Of a DNA stretch of 64,000 bases, positions 25,949 through 38,862 are shown piece by piece. This DNA comes from Gnetum montanum (taxonomy: Eukaryota; Plantae; Gnetophyta), in assembly GCA_015680685.1 (NCBI GenBank), contig MNCI01001041.1:122528-186527 (forward strand). The letters are read 5' to 3'. The translations under genes were made by a program, and so were the position numbers. A model generated the notes under the pieces. The model saw only the letters and a program-made list of their open reading frames with translations. It was not told where the DNA came from and ran no database searches. Numbering within the stretch: position 1 is the stretch's first letter; every line of letters begins with the position of its first letter.

Positions 25949-28842
25949 ATGACCTCAATGTTGCCACTATAAAAGATGATTTCCCATTACCTAGCATTGA
26001 TCAACTTATTGAAACAACTGATGGGCATGCGCTATTGTCCTTCATGGATGGATTTTCAGGATACAATCAAATAAGAATCAATCTAGAACATCAACTTAGA
26101 ACAACTTTCATGACACCTTGGGGCACATTCTGTTATACGATGATGCCATTTGGTCTTAAAAATGCAGGTGCCACATATCAGCAAGCAATGACATACATAT
26201 TTAGTGATTACATGTTCAATTTGCTCAATGATTATGTTGATGATAGCAGTCAAATCTAAAACAACTGAACAACATGTAAAAAATCTACACATAGTGCTTA
26301 AACATTGTCTCAAATATGACCTTAGGCTCAACCCAAAAAAGTGTGTCTTTGATGTTAAAACAGGAAAAATGCTTGGTTTCCTAGTTTCCGAAACACAGAT
26401 ACGAGTAGACCCTGATAAGGTTAAAGCAATAACCAATATGCAACCACCAAGAAACCTTACCGAACTATGGGGCCTCCAAGGTAGACTGCAATTCATCAGA
26501 CACTTTATTGAAAGGTTGACGGATAAGTTGAGTCCTATACAACATCTATTACGAAAGAATGTCCATTTCCAATGGACTCAACAATGCCAAGAAGCGTTCG
26601 AGAACATAAAACAAGAGTTGGCTCAACTACCAACTGTTTATTCTCCGCAAAGTGAGAAACCTTTCTACATCTATCTTGCAACTTCTGGTTCCTCCATTGC
26701 ATCCATGCTTTGTCAAAAACGTCAAGATGGAGCCAAGATCCCTATATATTATCTAAGCCATTCATTAATCGCTTATGAACAATGATACAACGACGTAGAA
26801 AAATTATGCCTCACCCTCGTCTTCTCCTTGAGGAAATGGTGGCATTAATTCTTCTGTAATCAAGTTTACATCATTTGCAAGGATAATGTTCTCTGTGCCA
26901 TCACTAATAACATCTATGAGTCAAATAGGTTAGCTAGGTGGAAAGCGATGATCGTAGAGTTTGACTTGCACTATGTCGCTTAATCTTCCACAAAAGGTCA
27001 AGCAATAGTCCCGCAACTAACCGTCTCACCAACGTACAATCAAATGACAATAAACCCCGAATTCCTAGATGAGAATGTTAATAGTATAGACACCATACCT
27101 GATAACTATAAGGCAATCCTCTACTTCGATGGAGCCTCAACCTCTTGAGGAGGAAGCGCTACGGCCATTTTGACATATCCATCTAGAGAAATCCAACCCT
27201 TCGCCTACCACTTAACCTTTCCTTGCACCAATAACATGACAAAATACGAAGGTCTTCTTAGAGGCCTTCAAGCAGTGCTAACTTTAGGAATCTCACGCCT
27301 TGTAGTTCGAGGAGATTCGCAATTAGTCATTAATCAGGTCATTGAGGTTTACTCATGCAAGGCTCTCCATTTACAACTGTATTGTGATTTGACCAAACAT
27401 TTGGTAAGGAAACTAGTAGAAGTGAATATACAACACATCCCTAGAAGCAAAAACATCATTGCTGATGCACTTGCTACACTAGCCTTAAACATAACACCCA
27501 AAATGTTCCATGCATTGCCAAGCTCTATAACAAGTTGCACTAAACCTATAATTAATACTGTGATGAAATACCTGTAGCATCTGTTGGTACAACACATGCA
27601 ATAGAATGGTACGATGACATAAAAGAGTATCTTCTAAGAGGCAAACCTCCACAATATTTGACAAATGCTCAAAAAGACACCGTACGGAAATGTTCCTGCA
27701 AATATGCATTAATAGGAGACACCTTGTGTCATAAATCGTATGAAGGAATTCTGCTAATAGGCGTTAGTAGCATTGACGGTTAAACGATTATAGAACAAAT
27801 CCACGAAGGACTTTTTAGAGGACACATAGCACCTAAAGCAATGGCAACAAAGATTAGACGCTTAGGTTACTACTGGCCACACATGGAGTACGATTGCATC
27901 TCCAAGGTAAGAATGTGTGACATTTGCCAAAATCATGGTAATCTAATACATGTGCCACCTAGCGAACTACATATAGCACAAATCACATGGCCATTCCAAA
28001 AATGGGATTTAGACTTAATTTGACCAATAACACCATCATCTTTAGCAGGATAGCTTTATTATCACTGCAACTGAATATTTCACAAAGTGGGTAGAAGCTT
28101 TTTCCCTTAGTAAGGCCACCTCAAAACACACTTGCACTTTCATAATAGAAAATATCATGACTCATTTTGGAATTCCAATGACCATCGTTACCGACAATGG
28201 GCCACAGTTCAGTAGTGTAGATACTAAAAGCTTCTATGAAAGTCTGGGTATTAAACATGCATTTTCATCACCTTACTACCCACAGAGCAATGGTCAAGTG
28301 GAGGCTACAAACAAAATTGTCATCATGGTGCTCAAAAAAATGCTAAATCAAAGTAAGAAACAATGGCATGAATAATTGGTCTATGCATTGTGGGCATATC
28401 GAACAACACATCAAACATCCACAGGTAAAACTCCATATAGTCTTGTATATGGACCTGAAGCTATTTTACCTTTAGAATTGCACGTTCCCTATTGCGGATT
28501 GCTCTCTCCAGCCTCCTTGATGAACATCAAAACAATGAATTGCGCATTGTTGACCTCGATTCGGTAGAAGAGGAACATGTACAAATGCTTGATCAAATTG
28601 AATGCTACCAAAAATAGCAGAGGCAAAGGCACATACACGATCTCCATAAACGCCTGATCAAAGAAGGAGATCTAGTCCTTAAGACCACCCGTGAACATCT
28701 AGATAAATTTTCAACCAATTGGGAAGGGCCTTACTTAGTCATCAAGGCATACAATAATGGAGCATTCAAACTTGCTGACATGGAAGGAAATGAGTTCGCT
28801 AATCCTACAAACCACTTGTACTTGAAATGGTACTATGTTTGA
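25949..28842 (+). pseudogene. Family B pol: RT, RNase H, additional (archaeal-type) RNase H, integrase
   Basis: SFMDGFSGYNQI...YVDD; aRH LYFDGAS...CTNN..KYEGL...GDSQLVINQ...ADALA (ORF 27170..27577); INT GYYWPHM...CDICQ, TDNGPQF, YYPQSNGQVEA, WEGPY. Confidence 0.92.
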
Positions 28843-28853
28843 CAAACTTGAGG

Positions 28854-29300
28854 CACAGAGTAGTCCTGGAATCATGACTTAAAACTGATACCACAGAGTA
28901 GTCCTGGCATCATGACTTAAAACTAATACCACATAGCAATCTTGGCATCATGAGTTAAAACTGATACCATAGAGTAGTCCTAGCATCATGACTTAAAACT
29001 GATACCACAGAGCAGTCCTGGCATCATGACTTAAAACTGATACCACAGAAAATGTTCTAGAGTCATGACAATAAACCAACACCATAGAGTTGCGTCCGGT
29101 ATGACACTAAACTGCCACATCTATCCACCATGACATAAAACTAACACCTAGAGTTCGCTAAGACTATAATCTGGTTTGCCTCTTTACAGTCTACTATGAC
29201 TATAGACTAGTAATGCACCATCTGCTATGACGCTAAACTAGCATTGTCCAAGGGTTACGATGTGAAACTAACCTACAATAGTCCACTAAAACTATAAACT
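28854..29300 (+). repeat. 38-bp tandem array in the 3' UTR of family B
   Basis: Five contiguous near-identical units of CACAGAGTAGTCCTGGCATCATGACTTAAAACTGATAC (28854-29043), then degenerate units. Confidence 0.9.
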
Positions 29301-30471
29301 GGCAACATCATCAATGACCAGGCAAAATCTTGAACAGATGTGTCGTTGCAATTGGTTGTACATGTTCCACAAAGACTTACTGCATGATTTGTCTCATGGA
29401 TACTAATTCTATTTGCTTTGAAAATTTCCTGTGGTAACTCCATCTCCTTGTTTCAAGTGCTTAGCTGACCATTTCATTTGTGTTTTTCTTGTCTTCTTGG
29501 AGTTGTGTTTGCAGGATGACACTCTTAAGGCATTCGTACATAGATGCACTTCATCATGAAGACAATGTATCACATTCTTCCTGATGCACATAATTGGGTT
29601 AATCAATTCATTCATAAGTACATTCACAACTCCCAATGCATTCCCTATTTTCCCGTCATGCTCCCTTATCCTATCCAATTACACCTCCTTGATACATTCC
29701 ACTCAACTCAAAACTCTTGATACACTGTTGCACACTGTGACTCTCTAAGCAGTTGCGACACAAAACACAGTACACAGTACATGATGCAAAATGCAAGCAC
29801 TCAAACATGAGCACGGCACAAAAAAGTAAGCTCTTTCAAAAAGACCCAAAAGAAGAAACAAAAAAAATAGAAATAAAGAAGAAAAAAACGAGAAACAATA
29901 AAAAAAAGAAAGCGAACAAAAGGGTCAAAGAGCAAGATGAACGGAAAAGGTCTTCATGACCCCGTTGATATCATGAACAAAAGACTATTAGCCATTCTCA
30001 TACAAGCCCCAGGTGAGAAGGCAACTGTCTTGAAAAATAGTTACACTTGTGTCTCAAAGAGACCATGATTGTACACCATCACATTGCTTTGGCTGTTTAC
30101 AATGGGCCTTGTAAACACTCTATAAAAGTCCCGTTTCTCCAAAGAATGCACCTCCTAAGTCTTGGCTCCAAGTCTGCTGAAAACCTGGCTATTGACAAGG
30201 ACCAATGACACAACCTATTCACATGAGAGCATTCCTCTCCCAGAATTCTAACAGCAGTTATCACCCTTGATCAATTCCTAACTTCCCCTGGTTACAATTC
30301 CTTGCATCTTGAACCACATTCCCTCAATCCCATGTACTTCTGGACATGGTGCGATGACATCCGGCAAAGGGCTAACGGTTAATGTTGGTACTTGGTTGTT
30401 CATGGTGTTTTGCACTTCTTTGTCGATGCCTCTCAGGTGGATTCCTCTAGATGTCAACAAAGAGGGCCCAA

Positions 30472-32078
30472 TGAAACACCACTAATTTTGGCCTAGCACA
30501 TTGAAATGGAAACAACTCAAGCCCTTTCAAAGTTTTGAAGATAAAATTCGGCTAAGGCATGGCATTCATGGTGATTTGGAATGCACACATGCTGGATGTT
30601 GTGGTCACGCTGCAGCGTGACCTTCAGTGTGACCAACTTTCAAAAACTTCAAATAGCCTCAAAACCAACTCAGAATGACTTGATTTCGAACGTGTAGGTC
30701 ATCCTCGGGCATCCTCAGGCTCAGCATCTGCAACCTCCGACTTCATCTTCTAGAATCTCTAGATTTTAAGTCAAAAATTACAAGTTTTTACAGCTGATGC
30801 TGCAAGTCACGCTGGAAGTCACGCTGCAATGTGACCACAACATGACCCACTCAAAAGTAGCTAGTGTGACCTACTCAAAACCACTCAAATCCAAGCTCAA
30901 ATTCCAGATTCCAGAGTTAAACACATTTAGGTAGCAAATCCAGCTTTCAGAATTCAAAAAATTGTGTCAAAAGGTCAAGTTTTCCTCACTTATGCTGAAG
31001 GTCACGCTAGGCATGAGTGCAACGTCCACATGCTAGACGCTCAGCACGCTAGGCACGCTCAATGCTGGACACATGCTCTAGGCGTGAGTGCAGCATGGCC
31101 ATACTCTGAAGACACATCAACTCACGTTGGAAGCCTTGGTCAAACAAAGATGCCTCAAACAGCCTCAAATCAACATCTCGACATTCTACAGGACTCAATC
31201 CATGGTCAAGCGAGCCAAGTCAAGTTTCTCTTGTTGTACATCTCATTGTAAATCCCCATTTGTAGGCATGTCAAGCCCTCACAGTCTTAACTAAGTGTAC
31301 TTTCATGGGCTTGAGTAACCCACGAGCTGTAAAAAGCAATGTACATGGTCAAGAACGTAGCTTGCTGACACACATCCAACTCGTGCATAACTGTCCACTG
31401 GACACGTGTCACTAGATCTGCTTTACTCTCATCTCCCAGCCATTGATCCCATTTTTGAATTCTGCACCTAAGCCCGGCCCAACCCTATAAATACCCTGTC
31501 AATTCACATGAACCAGGTGGGAAAACAAGAAACATTGGCAATTTTGAAAAACATATGGAATCAGCAATCCTTGGGCGCTTAGCACACATGACTCCTAGCA
31601 TCCAAGTACTTCTCACATACATCACATCACATCATCACCTCGCGTCACATCACCCAGGGCTAGGTGTTTGACCTACCACTCACCTGTGCAGCTACGTTTT
31701 GACCGGTGCATACCTTTTTCTAAGCAATACAATTTTAGTTCGTTTTGTCAACCAATCATTATTTCCATTTACTCTGCTTTATATTTAGTCTATGTTTTGT
31801 TTACTTTCTACTTTGCTTATATTTTGTTTGCGATCCTGTTTACATTTTGCACGTCTTGATCACGTTTTAAGACACTGTTTACGATAACCCAGTGCTAACC
31901 ATAGCTTACGCTCGGGGAAGTCCTTGGTTGATTTGTGTGCAAAGCATCCAAAGCACTTTGCCTTCGTTCCTTTTTCTAACTTGCCCTTAAGCGAAGGTAG
32001 GGTCAGTTGTGCCTGTCCAACGATCTTTCGGTGTCTGTTTTTCATTCCAGCCTTACACTGATGATTTAGGTCAGTACA
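30472..32078 (+). repeat. 3' LTR of family B element
   Basis: TGAAACACC...GTACA; TATAAATA ~31486; homologous to solo LTR 17977-19685. Confidence 0.9.
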
Positions 32079-35000
32079 CCTCCCAAAGATGTTAAAATGT
32101 CATTTTTATGCTTGGAAAGTAGTTCAACCTTTGCTTTCCTCTCATGCATATGTTTTACTTGAAGATTTAAGTCATTGTAGCAATTGCTAAAAATCTAACA
32201 ATTTGTTGTACCTGTAACCTTTCTTTGGATGGATATTTTCTCTATATGAACCTTGCCTAGTAAGTTAAAAGAAATGATAACCAAATAAAACCTATCAACT
32301 AAATCATAAAGGTCCAAAAGAAATGTAAGATATGAAAAAATATAATCCAAATCTTTCAAATGTTGACAAGGATTAATAGGATCTTTAACCAAAGAGCCAA
32401 AATTTTCTTCAAACCCAATCCTATGAAATGTTAAATAATAATCTACCATTAATAGCAAGTTATAATTTTCAAGGAGAGAGATCATTAAACAAAACAGCAA
32501 AAGATATTTAGACAATGAACCTTGATCACTATTTTATTATTACGTACTTGACATTAATACATGAAAACCTTCCAAGCCCCAATCACCAGTTCAATCAATC
32601 CCCTAGAATCCATTTGCAGTTTTTAAAGACATGCATTACTATCTACTAATCAACATTAATAAAATGAATGTAAAATCAATTTAAAAATCTACATAGAATA
32701 ATAAACTAGCTAAAAGGATATCTCCCAAAAGCTCAATGCTCATCCAAAAAAGGATGAGGATGCATAGGAAGTTGATGTTCAAATTCGAATGTTCATCCAC
32801 AAAAGGATGCATGGGAAACTGATGTTCAAACCTGTTTTAAGAAATATGCACCTTCCCATCACTCTTATCTATCACTTCAAAAATCACGAATAAGAAATTA
32901 TGTATAAGTTTTAAAATCTTAGTAATGCCTCTCCCATCACTCCTGGAATAATAAATTGTGTATTGAGCTTAAAAACCTTGGCAATCAAAAAAGTGTCTTT
33001 AATAATTAGTTTATTTTTCCCATCAAGATATCATGTATAAAATAAATAATTTATAATAGCTCTACCGCTCAGCTGCATTCACTACTGAACAATGCAGATC
33101 AAAATATTACTAGCGCCAACAAATGCAATAATTCCTATAAATTTTTTTTTGATTTCTTAAAATTAAGTAAAACAAAATAACCACTTTCAAATGATTCCAA
33201 AGTAGCTAATGTCAACGATTATCCTTATTTTCACTTAATTATTTGCTACTTTAGAGAGGAATTTGTATTACCGACAATTTTTCAACCACAAAGACATATA
33301 CACCTAGCATGGTGAATTCAAAATTACCATACTGTAGTAGCCAAACATTCCATTCTTGACTTGTTACTGCTTTACATCAAAACCATTATGGCTGGTAACA
33401 AACTAGAAATGTGTCCTCTAAAAGTATAAACTCATTCAAATCCAATTCTAAATGAAACATTAGTTCAACTGCAAATTTGTTAAAACAATATTAGACAAAA
33501 TCAGCTATTTTTTATAGAAAATACAAGTAATGGATATTCCCTGTAACTTTTTTCAAGTCCTCATATCTACTTTAATCGTGTATCCAAAGCATCTGTTGCA
33601 CTGGAAATGACAAGCAGGTGAGCTTAAGTCACCCTAGTAACTTCTTTCATTTTCTTTCATGCTCCCACATAGATCCATATATACACACTTCAATTTAACC
33701 ATTTCCCCTTCTATAAACACAAGACAAATTTATGTTTGCCATGCTTTGTAATTATGTACACCTTGCAAGTACATAATGCCATATATATAGACCTATATCA
33801 GTCTTTTTGCTCTTTGCAGCATCTTATTCTATTCATGGTCCAAACTACACAAAGAGATGGCTACCATAGCAAGTGATGAAGTGAATGGGGTACTTGTTCA
33901 TAAAATAAATAATTTATCCACAATTTCACATCAACATTCAACTATCAGTCTATAACATTGTTATTAATAACATTATTTTGTCCAAACTTTATTTATTGAA
34001 TGGTATCAAAATGGAATGCAAGAGGATAACAGCAACAGAAAGCTATACCAAACCAGAAGGGACAACAAAATAAACACCAAAGGATGTTCTCTCTTCAATG
34101 GAAAATCAATGGATTTTCCACAAAGCTATAATCTATACACATCCTATATCAGATATTTCAGATTTGCATTCAACCCACAAAACCATTAGACCTTTAGAGA
34201 TTGTTATAGTTGACTTATCATTGATAACACTCAGTTTGTTGCATCAATCATCGAAGAATACTTGTGATGAAGATCAAACACATGGCTAAGGAACATGAAA
34301 TGCAAAAGCAAAGGAAACTGTCAATAGGGGTTTCTAAAAAGAAATGTTGATAAAAGAAAACTCTCTCCTTTTCGAACTCCGAATGCTAAAACCAAAAAAT
34401 TTCATTTCAGTAGGGCTATTTGACTGCAGCTGTATTATGACATATATTATGCTTTCTTAAAGCCCTGTCCTACGCATTCTAAAAGAAAATATCAAATAAA
34501 TCTTCAAGTCCCCAAATTCCTCTTTTATGATCCTGTAGATCCACAAAAAAGAAAAAAAAGGAAATTATTTCAACCACAAAAACCTAGCTTTCCAACCAAA
34601 GAACCCTCTTCTTCATCATCCAATGAAGTTCAACAATTACAACAACAAATAATTGCTTTACAACAATAATTAAAACAAGTCATGTTGAAACAACCTAGAG
34701 ATGATGAGCAAATATCACAAGCTTCTTCTTCTACCACTATAGAACAAGGTGATCCTTCTTATAGACATAAAGTTCTTGAACAAATATATAGCCATTATCA
34801 CTGCACAGAATGTGATGCCCTTATCAAAAACGTTCATTTACACATGAATGTTAAAGAAGAAGATGATGAGTCTGAACAAGAGAAAGAATATAAACAAAGG
34901 TTAAAAAAGATCAAAGAGGAACATCCTAAAAAATATGAATTATTACAACAAAAAATTACAAATGATAATGCTTCTGAATCTATATGGCGTTTACAAGTTA

Positions 35001-38000
35001 AAAAGTCTTTATCTTGTCCTACAGATACAGTCTGTCTTTTAAATTGGACCAATACCACCATAGGAGATGTTATGTATCTTAATCGTGCGCAATTACAAAT
35101 TTTAGAAGAAATGAACAAAGTAGTATTGTCTCAAACAATGGCTATAAGGAGTATTAATCAGGATGTACAAACTATTAGACAAGTATTGGTTCCTAAATCA
35201 CCTAGAACATTTGTTGTCACACCTAGTGCTCCACCATTACCAACGTCACCTGAACAAGTATTCTTCCTGACTTCACCACCTGAAATGAAACAATTAAGAC
35301 ATGAGTGGAAGAAACAACAATAAGAAAAACAAAAGAAAAAAGGAAAAGGTTTATTTATCTTTGCTAACACTACACATAGTGAAAGCTCTACTTCTTCAGA
35401 ATTAGATTCAGAAGAAGAACGAGAAATGATAAGAAATACAACTGGTGAAACAATACAACAAGGAGAAGCAGCTACTTTAATGCAAGAACGAAAAGCAGGA
35501 GATAAACAACCATCGTTTACAATGGATAACAAAACCTTGAAAGAACGACAAAATGTAATAGATGCAATACAATCATATTTAGATGTGCAAATCCAATTAG
35601 AACAAAAACCAACAGCATGAGCTATATTAAATGCATCATATAATTTTCAAGGTATTTTATGAAAGTGGTGGAATCATATCCCAACACATGTCAAACAAAG
35701 GATTGTTAGACAACCTACTGCAATATTTTTAGGAGCCATATTAAAAGAATTTATTGGACAAAAAGGTAATGTTGAAGAAATCTACCATGATAGCTATTTC
35801 AAAACCTGTCTTACAAAAATACAAGATCTACCTGTATTTCTTGATGAGATGGAACATTGGTATTATTACAGTAAGCTAACACATGAGGTAGCAGCAAAAG
35901 AACATTTGTTAGGATGTCTTCCGCAACCATTCTGCAACAAATATACACAAGAATTGAAAAAGCAAGGATTAATTCTAGCAAAAATGAGTTTCGGACAAAT
36001 CAGACAATTCTTAACATCTACAAATCGTGAATTATGCTACACACAACAAGCACAACACCTTGTCCAAGATCTTAGCCAAAAATTAGGTAAAAACTTATGT
36101 TTAGAGTTATGCCCAGAAGAAAAATATAATAAAAAACCCAAAAATAAATCTATATGTAATCGTTGTCAAAATCAACTTAGAAATAGAAATAAAAATTATA
36201 AACCTCAACCACAACAACAATGGCGAGGTAAGTTTCCTATGAAATTTAAACATTTCCCTGGCTATTTCTGTCGACTACAAAACAAGATCCTACGGAAAAA
36301 TGTAAAATGATTTATTTGTAATGGTCCTCATATTGCATCTACCTGTCCTGACAAATCTAAGGATTAACGCAAAATCCATTTTATCCAACGTCATAATATT
36401 TCGGAACAATATTATGAATTTCTTGACCAGAGTGATCAAGAATCTAATTTTAACCCTTCCAATGATATTTATTATGAGGATTCTAACCATTATAATGTTA
36501 ATGACCAACCCAGTCTCGCTTTTTCCGATGAGAGGGATGTACCTGCGGATCATTCTTCTTGGGATGACTTGCACCCTAGCGATGATGATACGGATCTCAT
36601 ATATTATTGTAGTATGAATCGTTTTAAAGCTTTGTCATCCATATCATCTAGAATATCTACACCACGAGCAACCGAATCATTCCTACAATAAGATAAATAT
36701 ATATTAGAACAATTAAAACAAGATATAAAAATCTTAAAACGAAAACTTTCTAATGTATCATTAGAAAACATAGACAAATATTTATTAGTAAAAAATCAGA
36801 TTAGTAAAAAGAAAGAAGTAATTAGAATATATAAGAATTATCTTAAAAACAAAGACTGGCAATTAAATGCTCAACCAGAACCTTTTGAAACAGAAGCCTT
36901 AGATGATTTAGAACAAATCTTAGAGGAACAATCCCAACACTCCCATACCTCTAAACAAACAGAAAACAAACAAGATGAAATTATTCATGTAGTCAATAGA
37001 TCGGTATGGAGAACGAAAAGAATAGAACAATTACAATAGTATATCCAATGGGCAAGCCAAGAGATTGAAAAATTACAATAAAAAGAACAAAGTGACCAAA
37101 GACAAGATTATGAACTAGAAACCAGACAAATGAAACCCATTAGGATAAACACTAATAAAAATTCTATTCTTCAAGTACCAATGTGCACCCTTTGAATTAA
37201 ATTACCAAGTTTTAAACCTTATCCCATAGATGTCTTAATTGACACAGGTGTCGAAGCAACATTGGCTCAAAGAGGGATTATTACACAATTTCTTTGTAAA
37301 CCAAGACCTAAATTAATTATTACTTTTGATAAAGTAGATCATCATGTTACAGAGGAAGCCCAGATACCCATTCAAACTACTTCAGGAGAAATCTTTTATT
37401 TAATTGTCTACTGTATAGAATGGTTAACATATGATATGATCGTAGGAGTTAATAATTTAAATCAGTTTCAAAAACTAGTAGTAACAAAAAACCATATTCT
37501 ATTAGGAAACCATCAATATAAAAAATTAGAACAGCCCACAATTAGATTTGATTATAAAAACCCTAAACCAGAAAATACCAGATGGATGATACATCAAATT
37601 CAAACTAAAACAAATGAATTAGAAGAAATAAAAAAGAAACTATTGACATTAGCCTTGGATGACCCCCACAATATTCTGTCACAAGAAAACTCACTGGTGT
37701 CATATTACTTTAATCGATAATATTTGATGACACGCGATATCACATGTGCCACGATATCACGTACGCAATATCGCAGCCGTCGCGATATCGCATCCCATGT
37801 GATATCGCGTACGCAATATCGCGTCGTCCCCTGCGATATCGCGTACGCGATATCGCAATCCGCTACCAAATCTATAAATAAGAGGCGGCACTCCCCTCAT
37901 TTCCTATCCTAGGCTTAAAGTAGGGAAACTCTAGCAGTTTGATCACTCCAGAGATAGAATATTTTCTATGTGCCCGCAGTAGGAGTCCCCAAGTAAATGG

Positions 38001-38543
38001 ATCTTTATTCAAGCAGCTTTGTACCTGAACGCAAGTTGTGTACGACAATAAAAACGAGATTTGTGGATAAACCTTATAATGCATGGAATAGGATTTATTA
38101 CTTGTTATTTATTACATGTTATTTATTACCTGCATTAGCGCAACATGAGTACGACTTGATTACGAGCATTGATGAATGTGTACGGCTAATCAAGGAATCG
38201 GCTACTCATTGCAATTAGTCTCTCTCACCCTCAACTCCTAGACTACAGAATGAGTACGACTTGATTACAAGCATCTACGGGTGTGTACGGCTAGTCAAGG
38301 AATCGGCTGCTCATTACGTTTAGGCTAGTTAAGTGCCTCAGTACGACGACTTCGAGCACGTGCGTTATGTGTGGTGATCCTAGTAACGATTAGCGTTTGG
38401 TAGCCACAGTTGCATAGTTCAAGGTGTGTACGGTAAGTGGGAACGGATGCTGACGCTAGTTAATTTAGACTTAGGTCCTTAGTTAGAGTTAGTTAGCTTT
38501 CTCAACCCTCCACCCTTTAGCATAGGAGAAAAACAAAAAAGCT

Positions 38544-38862
38544 NNNNNNNNNNNNNNNNNNNNNNNNNNNNNNNNNNNNNNNNNNNNNNNNNNNNNNNNN
38601 NNNNNNNNNNNNNNNNNNNNNNNNNNNNNNNNNNNNNNNNNNNNNNNNNNNNNNNNNNNNNNNNNNNNNNNNNNNNNNNNNNNNNNNNNNNNNNNNNNNN
38701 NNNNNNNNNNNNNNNNNNNNNNNNNNNNNNNNNNNNNNNNNNNNNNNNNNNNNNNNNNNNNNNNNNNNNNNNNNNNNNNNNNNNNNNNNNNNNNNNNNNN
38801 NNNNNNNNNNNNNNNNNNNNNNNNNNNNNNNNNNNNNNNNNNNNNNNNNNNNNNNNNNNNNN
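38544..38862. other. Assembly gap (319 N)
   Basis: Run of N; should contain the end of the A3 5' LTR and its PBS. Confidence 1.

Larger units (their letters stand above)
25931..32078 (+). mobile_element. Tat/Ogre-like Ty3/gypsy element (family B), 5'-deleted
   Basis: CCTCC TSD (25926-25930 / 32079-32083); ~18-bp 5' LTR stub fused to RT; PPT AAAGAGGGCCCA ~30459-30470; 3' LTR 30472-32078. Confidence 0.92.

Noticed and set aside
28854-29043. CRISPR-like array
   Set aside because: Units are contiguous with no unique spacers, there are no cas genes, and the array lies in a plant retrotransposon 3' UTR.
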